A program made the translations under genes and the position numbers. A stretch of DNA of 63,965 nt, filler included, from Octopus bimaculoides (Eukaryota), in assembly GCF_001194135.2 (NCBI RefSeq). It is 9 parts of 9 records of this genome, joined end to end, with 100 filler letters (N's around TTAATTAATTAA, not from the genome) between each part and the next. Parts side by side here need not be neighbours in the genome. Positions count along the whole stretch, not along the records: positions 59,539 to 62,783 come from NC_068986.1; positions 62,884 to 63,965 come from NW_026430584.1; 7 more parts are not named here. One strand, written 5' to 3'. Within the stretch, counting starts at the first letter, position 1. The number at the start of each line of letters is the position of its first letter. Shown piece by piece: positions 62,769 through 63,965 of the stretch. The notes beneath the pieces were generated by a model, which saw nothing but the letters and a program-made list of their open reading frames with translations, made no database searches and was not told where the DNA came from.

Positions 62769-63012
62769 TATGTATATATTCATNNNNNNNNNNNNNNNNN
62801 NNNNNNNNNNNNNNNNNNNNNNNNNNNTTAATTAATTAANNNNNNNNNNNNNNNNNNNNNNNNNNNNNNNNNNNNNNNNNNNNGGACGTTAAACGATGAT
62901 GATGATGATGATGATATATATATATATATAAAACATACAAATACATATGTAATATATATATATGCACATATATAAATATATATATTTTACAGATAGATAT
63001 ATAATAAATATA

Positions 63013-63052
<40 letters not shown>

Positions 63053-63062
63053 NNNNNNNNNN

Positions 63063-63106
<44 letters not shown>

Positions 63107-63183
63107 ATAATACAGATAGATGTATAATAAATATATGCATATATATAAATATATATATATATTATACAGATACATATATAATA

Positions 63184-63965
63184 TTGGGTTGGCAACTAAG
63201 TTCTCGCCGTTTAAATTATGGAATTTATTGCGTTTTTAAATTTAGGAATCTATTTTTTTCGAGAATTCTATTTTTGAATCATTTTGGAATCTGTTTTGTC
63301 TTTTTTCTAGTTAATTTTAGTTAATTTTTGTTTATTTTCAGATCATTAAATGGAATATCAAATTAAGAAAAATGAGAATTTTTTGACACCTCCTTCTTTT
63401 TGCTTTTAATCAAGGTTCTAAGGCTGCAAAAACTGCTCGCGACATTTGTGCTGTATATGGAGAGGGTGCCATAGCTGAAAGAACCACTCGTGATTGGTAT
63501 GCCAAGTTCAAGAATGGAAATTTTGACCTCAAAGACGCACCTTGTTCAGATGAGTTCGATGAAGAGCGATTAAACCAACTTTTGCACGAAAATTCTTGTC
63601 AAACGACAAGGGAACTGGCAGAGAAAATGGAATGCTCCTACACTGCTATAGAGTAGCATCTTCACTCAATGGGAAAGGTTCAGAAGTATGGAGCTTGGGT
63701 TCTGCATGCTTTAAGCGACAACAAAAATCAACGAGCCACAATTTCCGCTGGTTTGCTTGCTCGTCACAGCTCAACTCATTGACACAAGTAACAATTTCTT
63801 TACCAAATCGTTACTGCCAACAAAAAGTGGTGCCTGTACATCAATATGAAGCAGTGTAAGGAATGGCTTAGCCCCGATAAACAAGCAACACCACACTGAA
63901 ACAAGATCTTCATCTGCGTAAAACAATGTTGTGCGTATGGTGGGACTGGGAAGGGATTATCCATT
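63184..63965 (+). mobile_element. Mariner transposon, 5' TIR plus disrupted transposase; runs off the window end
   Basis: TA then ttgggttggcaactaagttctcgccg (typical mariner TIR). ATG at 63350. Frame-corrected translation gives FNQGSKAAKTARDICAVYGEGAIAE..WYAKFKNGNFDLKDAP, TTRELAEKM, GAWVLHALS, IVTANKKWCLY and MLCVWWDWEGIIH. Several stops and frameshifts. Confidence 0.92.

Noticed and set aside
6723-62839. TTAATTAATTAA recurring eight times like a regular repeat or CRISPR-type array
   Set aside because: It is always centred in N44 runs to make exactly 100 bp and has stops in all frames: a synthetic scaffolding spacer.

Overview
Repeat-dense, AT-rich animal genomic DNA with many N-gaps. It is most likely an Octopus draft scaffold, judged from the SINE families, the very high microsatellite density and the gap style; I cannot verify this without a search. 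Only one host gene is supportable. It has two phase-0 GT-AG exons (10884-11153 and 13870-14091, + strand) encoding an N-terminally membrane-anchored, stand-alone SAM-dependent methyltransferase that resembles the C-terminal domain of ovothiol synthase OvoA. Its 3' exons are not visible and are probably lost in gaps. The rest is tRNA-derived SINEs (about 3-4 families, labelled A-D by me), RTE and CR1-like LINE fragments, three Tc1/mariner relics, MITEs and microsatellites. Notable structures are a 141-bp-arm hairpin, a nested palindrome built from telomere-like repeats inside intron 1, several minimal hammerhead-ribozyme-like motifs, and a ~3.7-kb decayed satellite with a ~270-bp period. Most ORFs in the supplied track are microsatellite or N-gap artefacts. 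All alignments were done by eye.
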